This document shows, piece after piece, positions 1 through 8,734 of a stretch of DNA of 32,000 nucleotides (within the stretch, counting starts at the first letter, position 1; every line of letters begins with the position of its first letter). The stretch is from Caulobacteraceae bacterium (GTDB lineage Bacteria; Pseudomonadota; Alphaproteobacteria; Caulobacterales; Aquidulcibacteraceae). The notes beneath the pieces were generated by a model. That model ran no database searches, was not told the origin of the DNA, and worked only from the letters and a program-made list of their open reading frames with translations. Where the stretch lies: the NCBI GenBank assembly GCA_965234525.1, contig OZ248515.1, positions 1,124,032-1,156,031 on the forward strand, given 5' to 3'. The position numbers and the translations under genes were made by a program.

Positions 1-2
1 GG

Positions 3-158
3 GCCCCAACCTATTCACCACCCGGCACAGATGTGATGAATCAAACTTCGTCATCGGGAGGCTCGGCCGATCCAAAGCCGCCGCCATCATCCCAAAACGT
101 TCAGCAAGCGGCTCAGGCGATTCCGACGGCCGTTAAAGTATATCGGGGAGGGCAGTGA
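3..158 (+). CDS. cpaB: Flp pilus assembly protein CpaB, C-terminal fragment (5' end lies outside the window)
   Basis: Frame 3 is open from the window edge and ends ...AIPTAVKVYRGGQ* with TGA at 156-158, overlapping the cpaC start (GTGATG). Its position directly upstream of cpaC matches the canonical cpaB-cpaC order. The fragment is too short for a firm family call. Confidence 0.45.
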   Translation, partial: APTYSPPGTDVMNQTSSSGGSADPKPPPSSQNVQQAAQAIPTAVKVYRGGQ

Positions 159-1780
159 TGCAGCCAACCCAAAGCGTGAAATTTGTTCTAGCCGCGGTTT
201 CATGCCTAGCGCTAAGCGCTTTAGTGTCCCCGAGTGTCTTATTCGCTCAATCTGGGCAAGGTGCCGCGATCAAGGCCACACCCGAGCAGCCTATGCCTCA
301 ACGGCTTACCTTGGCGCTTGGCAAATCGGCAATCGTCGATCTGCCGGTTGAAGCCCGTGACGTTGTGGTTTCCGATCCCTCGATAGCAGACGCGGTGATG
401 CGCACCAGCCGACGTGGCTTTGTGCTCGGCACGAAGGTCGGTGAAACAAATGTCTTCTTTTTGGATGCACAAGGTCGTCAGATTCTGGCACTTGAGATCC
501 GGGTTGCCCGCGACACCTCGGAACTAAGCGCGTTGATTCAACGTCTGGTACCCGAAGCCCGTGTGGTGGTCGATAGTGTTGCTGATTCGATCATTCTGAC
601 CGGGGACGTCCCAAATGGCTTGGTCGCCGATCAGGTTTTGCGGATTTCGAGCCAATATGCCGGGAACGCCGATAAAGTTCTAAACATGATGAGCGTCCTT
701 TCAGGCGATCAAGTCATGCTACGGGTGCGGATTGTTGAAATGCAGCGGTCTGTCATCAAGCAACTAGGGATGAATCTGTCTTCGTCCAATATCCTAAATC
801 AATTGTTGCCCGAAGATTGGGGCATCAAGTTTGCAACGGCCAATGGTTTCTCGGTTAATGGTGCCTTTTTGGGCGGAACCACGCTCGACTCGACCTGGGC
901 CCAGAACTTCATTCGGCCGGTCTCAAATTCGTTCCTAAGTGGCACTTCGGAACTTCTTGACCCCACAGTAGGCGCAGGCGCTGGCGGCTTTAGCTCGAAG
1001 TTTAACCCAGAGACGGGCCGCACTGAAGTCACCTATGGTCCAGGTGAATTGGTAACCGGGCAACGCGCTGACAGTAATATACAAGCCTTGGAACGCGTTG
1101 GCTTGGCCCGAACCTTGGCCGAGCCAAACCTGACTGCTACCTCGGGAGAGCCTGCGAAATTCCTGGCCGGTGGCGAATTTCCAGTACCGACAGCCCAAGA
1201 AGGCAACCGTGTTTCTGTGGAATTCAAGCCATTTGGTGTTGGTTTGGGCTTTACACCGATCATCCTCAGCGCCGACCGAATTTCACTTAAGGTTTCGACC
1301 GAAGTGTCTGAGATTTCGACGGCGGCTTCTTTCCGCCAAGCAGATACGCTGATCCGCGACGCCGCCGGCAACGTGACTGACACCATTCGCGGCTTGTCGA
1401 TCCCCGGCGTTTCAGTTCGCCGCGCCGAGAACACGATGGAACTGCCTTCCGGTCGCTCGATGGTGATGGCTGGTCTGATCCAGCAATCGACGCGCCAATC
1501 TATTGAGGGTTTGCCCGGCTTAAAAGACTTGCCAGTCTTGGGAAATTTGTTCCGTTCGCGCGATTTCCAAAGCAATGAGACAGAACTCGTCATCATCGTC
1601 ACGCCTTATATCGTGAAATCGGCCTCGATGGATGAGCTTCAGACCCCAGGCGATGGCTATGCCCCGGCCAGTGACACGGCAGCTTTGCTGCTGGGTCGCA
1701 TGAATAGAATGGTGAAGCCCGGTTCCAAAGGGCTGCCAAAAGGACGTTACCGAGCCCCTATCGGACATATTGTGAATTAG
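155..1780 (+). CDS. cpaC: Tad/Flp pilus secretin CpaC/RcpA (type II/III secretion system secretin family)
   Basis: 541-aa ORF with an N-terminal signal peptide (LALSALVSPSVLFAQS). Secretin C-domain motifs are GGEFPVP and IPGLKDLPVLGNLFRS...ETELVIIVTP. A GGAGGG RBS lies at 146-152. The start may be GTG 155 or ATG 158. Confidence 0.9.
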   Translation: MMQPTQSVKFVLAAVSCLALSALVSPSVLFAQSGQGAAIKATPEQPMPQRLTLALGKSAIVDLPVEARDVVVSDPSIADAVMRTSRRGFVLGTKVGETNVFFLDAQGRQILALEIRVARDTSELSALIQRLVPEARVVVDSVADSIILTGDVPNGLVADQVLRISSQYAGNADKVLNMMSVLSGDQVMLRVRIVEMQRSVIKQLGMNLSSSNILNQLLPEDWGIKFATANGFSVNGAFLGGTTLDSTWAQNFIRPVSNSFLSGTSELLDPTVGAGAGGFSSKFNPETGRTEVTYGPGELVTGQRADSNIQALERVGLARTLAEPNLTATSGEPAKFLAGGEFPVPTAQEGNRVSVEFKPFGVGLGFTPIILSADRISLKVSTEVSEISTAASFRQADTLIRDAAGNVTDTIRGLSIPGVSVRRAENTMELPSGRSMVMAGLIQQSTRQSIEGLPGLKDLPVLGNLFRSRDFQSNETELVIIVTPYIVKSASMDELQTPGDGYAPASDTAALLLGRMNRMVKPGSKGLPKGRYRAPIGHIVN

Positions 1781-1796
1781 AGTCAGGAAGAAGCCG

Positions 1797-2540
1797 ATGA
1801 CAAGAGAAGTCGCGAAATATGCTTCACTCGCTCAGCTGAGCAAACCCGCCCTTACAGCGGTCGCTCTCACTGCGTTGATGGCGTTAGGCGCCTGTGGAGG
1901 CGCAAGCGCCGCCAAAGAGGAGCCAGCGGTAGATCGGGTTGAGAAAGCGCATCTTGAGCGCACCGTTCTGGATGCCTTTAAGCCTGAAGCCATCCCCGTG
2001 GAAGCACGCATCGCCATTTCCGCGCCCAGCGGCGCGATTGGCACAACTGTTCAAGACGCGGCTGAGCTAAAGTCGTTCGCACAAGAATATGTGCGCCTCG
2101 GCCGTGGCAACGTTGTTGTCTCGGTGCCGACAAACGCGAGCAATAGCCAAAGCGCCGCCCAAGTCGCCCAAGACGTGCAACGGGCCCTGTTTCTCGGTGG
2201 CGTGGATTTTTCAAAAATCTCTGTCGGCCCCTACCAAGCCCAAGGTCAAACAGATGCGCCAATTTTGATTTCCTTTGGGCGGTATGAGACCAAGCCGATC
2301 GTTTGTGAGCCGTGGACATCCTTTGATCCACGAAAGACTGCTGAGAACATTCCGCCTGACCGTTTCGGCTGCGCGCAAAATGCCAATTTGGCAGCGATGG
2401 TTGCGGACCCCGGCGACTTATTAGGCGATCGCAAAGAAGGCCCGCGCGACGCAGCTCGACTCCAAAACGGTATCGATTTGCATCGCAAAGGCGGCGTCCC
2501 GACCGTTAGTGGAGCCGTTGCAGCCGGGGGTGGCAAATGA
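1797..2540 (+). CDS. cpaD: CpaD-family pilus assembly lipoprotein
   Basis: 247-aa ORF with a lipobox (LMALGAC GG). It sits between the secretin and cpaE as in Caulobacter cpa loci, and an AGGAAG RBS lies upstream. Its stop overlaps the cpaE start (ATGA at 2537-2540). Confidence 0.7.
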   Translation: MTREVAKYASLAQLSKPALTAVALTALMALGACGGASAAKEEPAVDRVEKAHLERTVLDAFKPEAIPVEARIAISAPSGAIGTTVQDAAELKSFAQEYVRLGRGNVVVSVPTNASNSQSAAQVAQDVQRALFLGGVDFSKISVGPYQAQGQTDAPILISFGRYETKPIVCEPWTSFDPRKTAENIPPDRFGCAQNANLAAMVADPGDLLGDRKEGPRDAARLQNGIDLHRKGGVPTVSGAVAAGGGK

Positions 2541-3931
2541 TTGGGAATGCAAAACGCAAGCCCATGTGGGAAGAGTTGGCATCGGCTGACGAGCCTTTCG
2601 AGCTTGACGCCGATCTGGATTTCTTGGAGCCAACCCACGCTCAAAACGTTCCAGCACCTGCTTCTCCGGGTGACTTTGATGCGGCTGCCTTTGAAGAAAC
2701 CTATGTGGGTGAGCTAGCCCGTGGTGGCGACCAACCGGTACCGCGGATCTCGGTCCAAGTATTTTGTGAGCGGCCAGATACGGCCCAGCTCTTGCAATCG
2801 GCCTCAACGGATCGTCGCATCGCGAAAGCGCATGTGACTGTTTCAATGGGCGGCTTGGCGGGTGCCATTGAATTCTTCCAGTCCCAACCCTCGCCCAACT
2901 TAATCATCGTTGAGAGTTTAGCGCCCCCAGCAACCTTGATCCAGCAATTGGATGAATTGGCCTCCTATTGCGAGCCAGGCGTTAAGGTGATCCTGATTGG
3001 AGAATCGAACGATATCGGTCTGTATCGGGAGCTGATCCGCCGTGGCGTTTCAGAATACCTAGTGCCACCGCTGCAACCGCTGCAGCTGATCCGCACCATT
3101 TCTGGCCTTTATGTGGATCCAAGCAAGCCCTTCTTGGGTCGCACCATTGCCTTCGTAGGTGCCAAAGGTGGAGCTGGATCTTCTACCATCGCTCACAATG
3201 TGGCGTGGTGTATGGCAGAGCATGCGCGAGTAAACACAACCTTGGTTGACCTCGACCTTTCGTGGGGAACAACCGGGCTTGATTTCAACACGGATCCGGC
3301 GACCGGCATTGCCGATGCGTTGGAACAGCCCGAACGGGTCGACGATGTGTTGCTGGACCGCTTGCTGACCCGTCACACGGATCATTTGACCTTGTTCACC
3401 GCACCCGCCTCCCTCGAGCGCGAGTTTGAGATTTCGCCAGAAGCTTATGAAACTGTGATTGAAGGTGTGCGCCGGGGTGTGCCTTATGTTGTGCTCGATC
3501 TGCCGCACACTTGGTCAAAATGGATGCGTCAAACATTGTTGTCTGCCGATGAAGTTGTTGTAGTCGCACAGCCAGATTTGGCTGGCCTGCGCAACGCAAA
3601 GAACATTTTTGACATGGTCCGGGTAGGTCGCCCGAACGATACTCCGCCAAAAGTAATTCTAAATATGGTTGGTGTGGCAAAGCGGCCTGAAATCCCCGTC
3701 AAAGACTTTGCCGACGCCTTGGGCGTACAGCCAACGCTTGTCCTACCTTATGATCCCCAACTGTTTGGTACGGCGAGCAATAATGGGCAAATGCTGGCCA
3801 ACGTGAACCCAAACAGCAAATGTGCGGAGGGCATGGACTTTTTGGCTCAGCTCTTCACCGGTCGGGTGCCGCAACCAAAGGCTAAGACCACCTTCCTCTC
3901 AAAACTAATCCCCGCAAAAGCGGCTAAGTGA
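2537..3931 (+). CDS. cpaE: Pilus assembly ATPase-like protein CpaE/TadZ (MinD/ParA-type, N-terminal receiver-like domain)
   Basis: 464-aa ORF with a deviant Walker A (FVGAKGGAGSSTIAHNVAW). It is translationally coupled to cpaD and sits upstream of cpaF. Confidence 0.85.
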   Translation: MIGNAKRKPMWEELASADEPFELDADLDFLEPTHAQNVPAPASPGDFDAAAFEETYVGELARGGDQPVPRISVQVFCERPDTAQLLQSASTDRRIAKAHVTVSMGGLAGAIEFFQSQPSPNLIIVESLAPPATLIQQLDELASYCEPGVKVILIGESNDIGLYRELIRRGVSEYLVPPLQPLQLIRTISGLYVDPSKPFLGRTIAFVGAKGGAGSSTIAHNVAWCMAEHARVNTTLVDLDLSWGTTGLDFNTDPATGIADALEQPERVDDVLLDRLLTRHTDHLTLFTAPASLEREFEISPEAYETVIEGVRRGVPYVVLDLPHTWSKWMRQTLLSADEVVVVAQPDLAGLRNAKNIFDMVRVGRPNDTPPKVILNMVGVAKRPEIPVKDFADALGVQPTLVLPYDPQLFGTASNNGQMLANVNPNSKCAEGMDFLAQLFTGRVPQPKAKTTFLSKLIPAKAAK

Positions 3932-3938
3932 GGATAGG

Positions 3939-5429
3939 ATGTTTGGTAAACGCGCAGACGGGGCGGCAAAGGCAACAGCACCCCCCAAGTTTGCCCCCCT
4001 TGAGGCCCAAAAGCCAGTAGCAGCACCCGTATCGCCGCCGTCAACCCCCGCCGCGGCAACGGCCGCTGGAACAGTGGACCCTGCGCGGGTCGCAAAGGCT
4101 GTGCGCGCGCCGACGCAATCGGCCCCGCCTCCAAGCCCTGAAAATGATGGGCGAACTGATGAATATTATCGCACGAAAGCGTCGATTTATAACGCCTTAA
4201 TCGAGACGATCGATCTGGGCCAATTGGCGGCATTAGACCAACGCACGGCCCGCGATGAAATCCGCGATATTGTCAACGAGATCATTGCAATCAAGCAGGT
4301 GATTATATCGGTTGCTGAGCAAGAGCAATTGCTCGGCGATATTGTCAACGACGTGCTGGGCTACGGGCCGTTGGAACCCCTGTTGGCACGCGACGACATT
4401 GCCGACATCATGGTCAATGGTGCCAACAGCGTGTTTATCGAAGTCAGCGGGAAGGTAACCAAGACACCAATCCGGTTCCGTGACAATCAACAATTGATGA
4501 ACATCTGTCAGCGCATTGTAAGCCAAGTTGGTCGCCGCGTAGATGAAAGCTCACCCATATGCGACGCGCGGCTACCCGACGGCTCTCGTGTCAACGTGAT
4601 TGTGCCGCCCTTGGCACTCGATGGACCTACCCTCACGATTCGTAAGTTCAAAAAAGACAAATTGCGAATGAAGGACCTGGTCGGATTCGGCGCGATTTCC
4701 GAGCCGGCAGGCAAGGTTCTAGGTATTATTGGGGCGGCACGATGTAATGTGCTGATTTCTGGGGGTACCGGGTCGGGTAAGACCACCCTGCTCAACTGTT
4801 TGACCGGTTACATCGCGCCAGACGAACGCGTCATCACCTGCGAAGACGCGGCAGAACTGCAACTACAGCAGCCCCATGTTGTCCGCCTTGAAACCCGCCC
4901 TCCAAACCTAGAAGGCCAAGGTGCTGTGCACATGCGCGACTTGGTCAAAAACTGTCTGCGGATGCGTCCCGAGCGCATCATCGTCGGCGAAGTGCGCGGT
5001 CCTGAAGCGTTTGACTTGTTACAAGCGATGAATACGGGCCACGACGGTTCGATGGGCACTTTGCACGCCAACAGCCCGCGCGAAGGCCTTTCGCGAATGG
5101 AAAGCATGATCACCATGGGCGGCTTCTCGCTGCCCACCAAGACAATCCGTGAGATGATCGTTGGTTCGATCGACGTTGTTATTCAGGCGGCCCGTCTTCG
5201 CGACGGTTCCCGCAAGATCACACACATCACAGAAGTCTTGGGCCTAGAAGGTGATGTGATTGTTACGCAAGACCTCATTGTATTCGAGATGGAAGGTGAG
5301 GACGCGAACGGTAAGATTATTGGCAAGCATCGGTCCACAGGCATCGCGCGCCCGAAATTCTGGGATCGCGCCCGCTATTACGGACTCGAGAAAGAGCTCG
5401 CCGAAGCCCTTGATGCAGCAGACGTCTAA
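3939..5429 (+). CDS. cpaF: Tad pilus secretion ATPase CpaF/TadA (type II/IV secretion NTPase)
   Basis: 496-aa ORF with Walker A ISGGTGSGKTTLLN, an RPERIIVGEVRG Walker B/Asp box and a His box GHDGSMGTLHANS. The N-terminal ~70 aa are Ala/Pro-rich and low in complexity. Confidence 0.95.
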   Translation: MFGKRADGAAKATAPPKFAPLEAQKPVAAPVSPPSTPAAATAAGTVDPARVAKAVRAPTQSAPPPSPENDGRTDEYYRTKASIYNALIETIDLGQLAALDQRTARDEIRDIVNEIIAIKQVIISVAEQEQLLGDIVNDVLGYGPLEPLLARDDIADIMVNGANSVFIEVSGKVTKTPIRFRDNQQLMNICQRIVSQVGRRVDESSPICDARLPDGSRVNVIVPPLALDGPTLTIRKFKKDKLRMKDLVGFGAISEPAGKVLGIIGAARCNVLISGGTGSGKTTLLNCLTGYIAPDERVITCEDAAELQLQQPHVVRLETRPPNLEGQGAVHMRDLVKNCLRMRPERIIVGEVRGPEAFDLLQAMNTGHDGSMGTLHANSPREGLSRMESMITMGGFSLPTKTIREMIVGSIDVVIQAARLRDGSRKITHITEVLGLEGDVIVTQDLIVFEMEGEDANGKIIGKHRSTGIARPKFWDRARYYGLEKELAEALDAADV

Positions 5430-5434
5430 CGAAC

Positions 5435-6409
5435 ATGGATCTTGGAACTATCATTCCTATTTTGGTTGCAGCCGGGGTGCTGCTCCTCGGCATTGCGCTT
5501 GCTGGCGATGACAATAAGGAATCGCAAAAGCGACTTAAGTCGGTTGCACAGTCGCGGGAATCCGCAGTTAAGCGCCGGGTTGCAGACCCTGACGAGACCC
5601 GCCGCAAGCGCTTGTTGGGCAGTATCAAAGACATCGAGATGCGTGAACGCCAATTGCGGCGCGCGCGTCTGTCAGTTGGTGCACGAATTGAGCAGGCTGG
5701 CCTGACCATCGAGGAAAAGACCTTCTGGATCGCATCGGGCGGCCTCGGCATCTTGGTGGGCCTTGGGATCCTCATCAGCGGCAATGCTTGGTACTTTGCT
5801 TTGGCCGGGGCTGGGGTTGCGGGTCTTGGCTTGCCGCGCTGGATTGTGGGCTTTTTGGTTGGCCGCAGACAAAAGAAATTCATTGCCGAATTTGCAAACG
5901 CAATCGATGTTATTGTGCGAGGCGTTAAATCCGGCCTGCCTTTGGCGGAGTGTCTGAAGATCATCGCTCGCGAGGCACCAGAACCGCTATGCACCGAGTT
6001 TCGCCGGATTTGCGACAGCCAATCCATGGGCGTACCAATGGATCAATGCTTGGCAAAGTTGTTCGAACGTATGCCACTGCCCGAAGTGAGCTTTTTCTCT
6101 ATCGTGCTATCGATCCAATTGAAGGCCGGCGGTAACTTGTCAGAAGCGCTTGGCAATTTGTCAATGATCTTGCGATCACGAAAACTGATGCGGGAGAAGA
6201 TCAACGCGTTGTCCTCAGAGGCCAAGGCGTCTGCGATGATCATCGGTGCTTTGCCGATCTGTGTCTGTGTGATGGTCTATATCACCAGCCCTGCCTACAT
6301 GGGCCTGCTCTTCACTGACCCAACAGGAAATATGGGTCTGGGCGTGGGTATCTTGATGATGGCAACTGGAATTTTCGTCATGCGCAACATGATTAACTTC
6401 GACATTTAG
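5435..6409 (+). CDS. tadB: Tad pilus inner-membrane platform protein TadB (type II secretion F family)
   Basis: 324-aa polytopic membrane ORF immediately after cpaF and paralogous in layout to the next ORF. It has a GspF-like cytoplasmic domain flanked by TM helices. Confidence 0.85.
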   Translation: MDLGTIIPILVAAGVLLLGIALAGDDNKESQKRLKSVAQSRESAVKRRVADPDETRRKRLLGSIKDIEMRERQLRRARLSVGARIEQAGLTIEEKTFWIASGGLGILVGLGILISGNAWYFALAGAGVAGLGLPRWIVGFLVGRRQKKFIAEFANAIDVIVRGVKSGLPLAECLKIIAREAPEPLCTEFRRICDSQSMGVPMDQCLAKLFERMPLPEVSFFSIVLSIQLKAGGNLSEALGNLSMILRSRKLMREKINALSSEAKASAMIIGALPICVCVMVYITSPAYMGLLFTDPTGNMGLGVGILMMATGIFVMRNMINFDI

Positions 6410-6419
6410 GGAACGAACG

Positions 6420-7448
6420 ATGTTCGTAGAAGTTAGAGAATTTGCTCGAATGGTCACAGATCCAGAGTTTCTGGCATCTGTAATCATGGCTGTTGCGCTC
6501 TTAGTAACCGCGATAACGGTTGCTCAACCCCTGTGGAAGACCGACCAGCTTGCGGCGCGCATGAGGGGCGTAGCGACGGATCGTGAATCTATGCGCCGCA
6601 AGAACCGGGCAACGATCGCCAGTGAGCAGGCCGAAAAAAACTCACTTAGACAACGCGCCAAGGGTCCTTGGAAGTCCATCGTCGACAAGCTGAATCTACA
6701 GAAGCTTCTTGAAGATCCAAATGTGACGCAGAATCTTTTGGAAGCGGGTCTACGTGGGCCAGGTCCCGTAGCCATGTTTTACTTTGCGCGCTTTGCAACA
6801 CCCATTTTGTTCTTCATCGGTGCCCTAGCTTACGTGACGGTATTCGGTAAAGACATGACCAGCAACAACCGGCTTATTACAGCCGTAAGTGCTTGTGTGG
6901 CAGGTTTTTACTTGCCCAATTTTATTGTCAAAAACATATCAACAAAGCGACGCAAATCAATTATGCGCGCATTCCCCGATGCTTTGGATTTGCTGCTTAT
7001 CTGCGTTGAATCAGGCATGTCCATCGAACTTGCATTCTTGCGCGTCGGGCAAGAAATTGGGTCATCGTCGATTGAGCTCGCTGAAGAGTTAAGCCTAACC
7101 AATGCCGAGCTCGCCTACTTACAAGATCGCCGGGTCGCATACGAGAATTTGGCAAAACGCACCAACCACCCGGGCGTAAAGGGAGTCGCCACAGCCCTGA
7201 TCCAAGCGGAGCGATACGGTACACCCCTGGGCTCAGCTTTACGTGTTATGGCGAAAGAAAACCGCGAACTTCGCATGACGGAGGCAGAGAAAAAAGCAGC
7301 CGCATTGCCGGCACAGCTAACTGTGCCAATGATCGTATTTTTCCTGCCGGTTTTGTTTATTGTTATCCTGACCCCGGCCTACATCCAATATCAGAATATG
7401 AATAGCGGTACTGGTCCGAAGAATGTCTCAGGCGGCGCGTCGCGCTAA
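6420..7448 (+). CDS. tadC: Tad pilus inner-membrane platform protein TadC (type II secretion F family)
   Basis: 342-aa polytopic membrane ORF following tadB. The segment FPDALDLLLICVESGMSIE...AL is typical of the GspF/TadC family. Confidence 0.85.
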   Translation: MFVEVREFARMVTDPEFLASVIMAVALLVTAITVAQPLWKTDQLAARMRGVATDRESMRRKNRATIASEQAEKNSLRQRAKGPWKSIVDKLNLQKLLEDPNVTQNLLEAGLRGPGPVAMFYFARFATPILFFIGALAYVTVFGKDMTSNNRLITAVSACVAGFYLPNFIVKNISTKRRKSIMRAFPDALDLLLICVESGMSIELAFLRVGQEIGSSSIELAEELSLTNAELAYLQDRRVAYENLAKRTNHPGVKGVATALIQAERYGTPLGSALRVMAKENRELRMTEAEKKAAALPAQLTVPMIVFFLPVLFIVILTPAYIQYQNMNSGTGPKNVSGGASR

Positions 7449-7472
7449 CACAGACGCGAAAGCCTCTGTGTT
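7447..7472. terminator. Hairpin between convergent genes, possibly a bidirectional terminator
   Basis: A perfect 8-bp stem AACACAGA / TCTGTGTT with a 10-nt loop overlaps the tadC stop codon. It lies between convergent tadC (+) and the zinc-finger gene (-). There is no strong U-tract. Confidence 0.35.
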
Positions 7473-7483
7473 GTTAAGCGATG

Positions 7484-7681
7484 CTAGTGTGCATCTGCTC
7501 CATCCTTGCTGATGTAAACGCGGCCACAATACAGGCACTCAACTTTGCCTTCGTCACCCATCTCGTACCAGACTTTAGGGTGACCCAATGAACCGCCGCC
7601 GCCATCACAAGCAACGCGATGATTGTCCACATAAATGGTTTCAACTGGCTGGGCTGAATTTGGCGAACCGTTGACGGACAT
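7484..7681 (-). CDS. Zinc-finger (zf-CHCC) protein, homologue of the mitochondrial complex I subunit NDUFS6 C-terminal domain
   Basis: 65-aa ORF containing VACDGGGGSLGHPKVWYEMG...ECLYCGRVY. This matches the NDUFS6 signature (ACDGGGGALGHP...C.YCG). Confidence 0.85.
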   Translation of the reverse strand: MSVNGSPNSAQPVETIYVDNHRVACDGGGGSLGHPKVWYEMGDEGKVECLYCGRVYISKDGADAH

Positions 7682-7783
7682 AAATCTGTTTCTCTCACAG
7701 CAGCGTGATTGCTACGGACTGCGTAGGGGCTTAATTAGAACCTTACGGCCCTATTCGTCAACGTGTGTGCCAAGCGAGAATCC

Positions 7784-8734
7784 ATGACCCAGTCATCTTT
7801 TGCCATTGAAGCCCACAGGCTCCAGAAAACCTATGCGGCTAGCGGGAAATCGCCAGAAAAGCAGGCACTCAAAGGGTTGGATCTGGCTATCCCAAAGGGA
7901 TCGATCTTTGGACTCCTAGGCCCAAACGGCGCCGGAAAATCAACATTTATCAATATCCTTGCAGGCCTTGTCATCAAAACTGCTGGGGAAGTTCGTATTT
8001 GGGACATTGATATCGACAAAGATCACCGCGCTGCAAAGGCTGCAATCGGGATTGTCCCGCAAGAAATCAGTTTCGACGCCTTTTTTACCCCCTTTGAGAC
8101 ATTAGAGCTGCAAGCAGGATTCTACGGCGTACCCCCGAAGGAAAGACGTTCCATGGAATTGCTTGACGCTGTTGGACTCGCCGACAAGCGCGACACCTAT
8201 TCGCGACAATTGTCTGGCGGCATGAAGCGGCGCCTTTTGATTGCTAAGGCCCTGGTTCACACCCCGCCTGTGGTAATTCTGGACGAGCCGACCGCTGGCG
8301 TCGATGTGGAGCTTCGTCGATCATTGTGGGAATATATCACCATGCTCAATAAAGAGCGTGGCGTGACGGTCGTTTTGACAACGCACTATCTCGAAGAGGC
8401 GCAAGAACTGTGCGACAACATCGCGATCATCGACCAAGGTCGCCTGATTGCTTGTGAACCTACGCCCACTATTCTCAGGCGGCTGGACAAAAAGGCTGTA
8501 GTGATTTCGCCACTTGAGCCTTTGACCCAGATTCCCGCAGGCATGGCCAATCTGGAATGCGTATTGCGGCCAGACGGCGCTTTGGCCATTCACTATCGTC
8601 CCAACGAACATAGTGTGGAAGCACTCTTGTCCCAAGCGATGGGTTCTGGCGTTCGGATCAAGGATTTACGGATCGAAGAGCCCAATCTTGAAGACGTCTT
8701 CGTCGCGCTTACGACGCCTGCTGGCGGGCGGTAA
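7784..8734 (+). CDS. ABC transporter ATP-binding protein (ABC-2/CcmA-like type), with no adjacent permease gene
   Basis: Walker A GPNGAGKST, signature LSGGMKRRL and Walker B VVILDEPTAGVD, plus a ~90-aa C-terminal extension. The ORF track starts at GTG 7763, but ATG 7784 (MTQSS...) is the more plausible start. Confidence 0.9.
   Translation: MTQSSFAIEAHRLQKTYAASGKSPEKQALKGLDLAIPKGSIFGLLGPNGAGKSTFINILAGLVIKTAGEVRIWDIDIDKDHRAAKAAIGIVPQEISFDAFFTPFETLELQAGFYGVPPKERRSMELLDAVGLADKRDTYSRQLSGGMKRRLLIAKALVHTPPVVILDEPTAGVDVELRRSLWEYITMLNKERGVTVVLTTHYLEEAQELCDNIAIIDQGRLIACEPTPTILRRLDKKAVVISPLEPLTQIPAGMANLECVLRPDGALAIHYRPNEHSVEALLSQAMGSGVRIKDLRIEEPNLEDVFVALTTPAGGR

Noticed and set aside
1033-1602. 189-aa ORF antisense to cpaC. 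Similar long antisense ORFs occur at 5317-6027 (236 aa, opposite cpaF/tadB), 16398-16991 and 17349-17948 (opposite miaB), 25608-26255 (215 aa, opposite rho), and 8933-9400 (opposite trmB).
   Set aside because: Each lies wholly inside a strongly supported, motif-rich gene on the other strand. Their translations are Arg/Ser/Pro-rich low-complexity sequence with no motifs. This is the usual shadow-ORF artefact in moderately GC-rich DNA.
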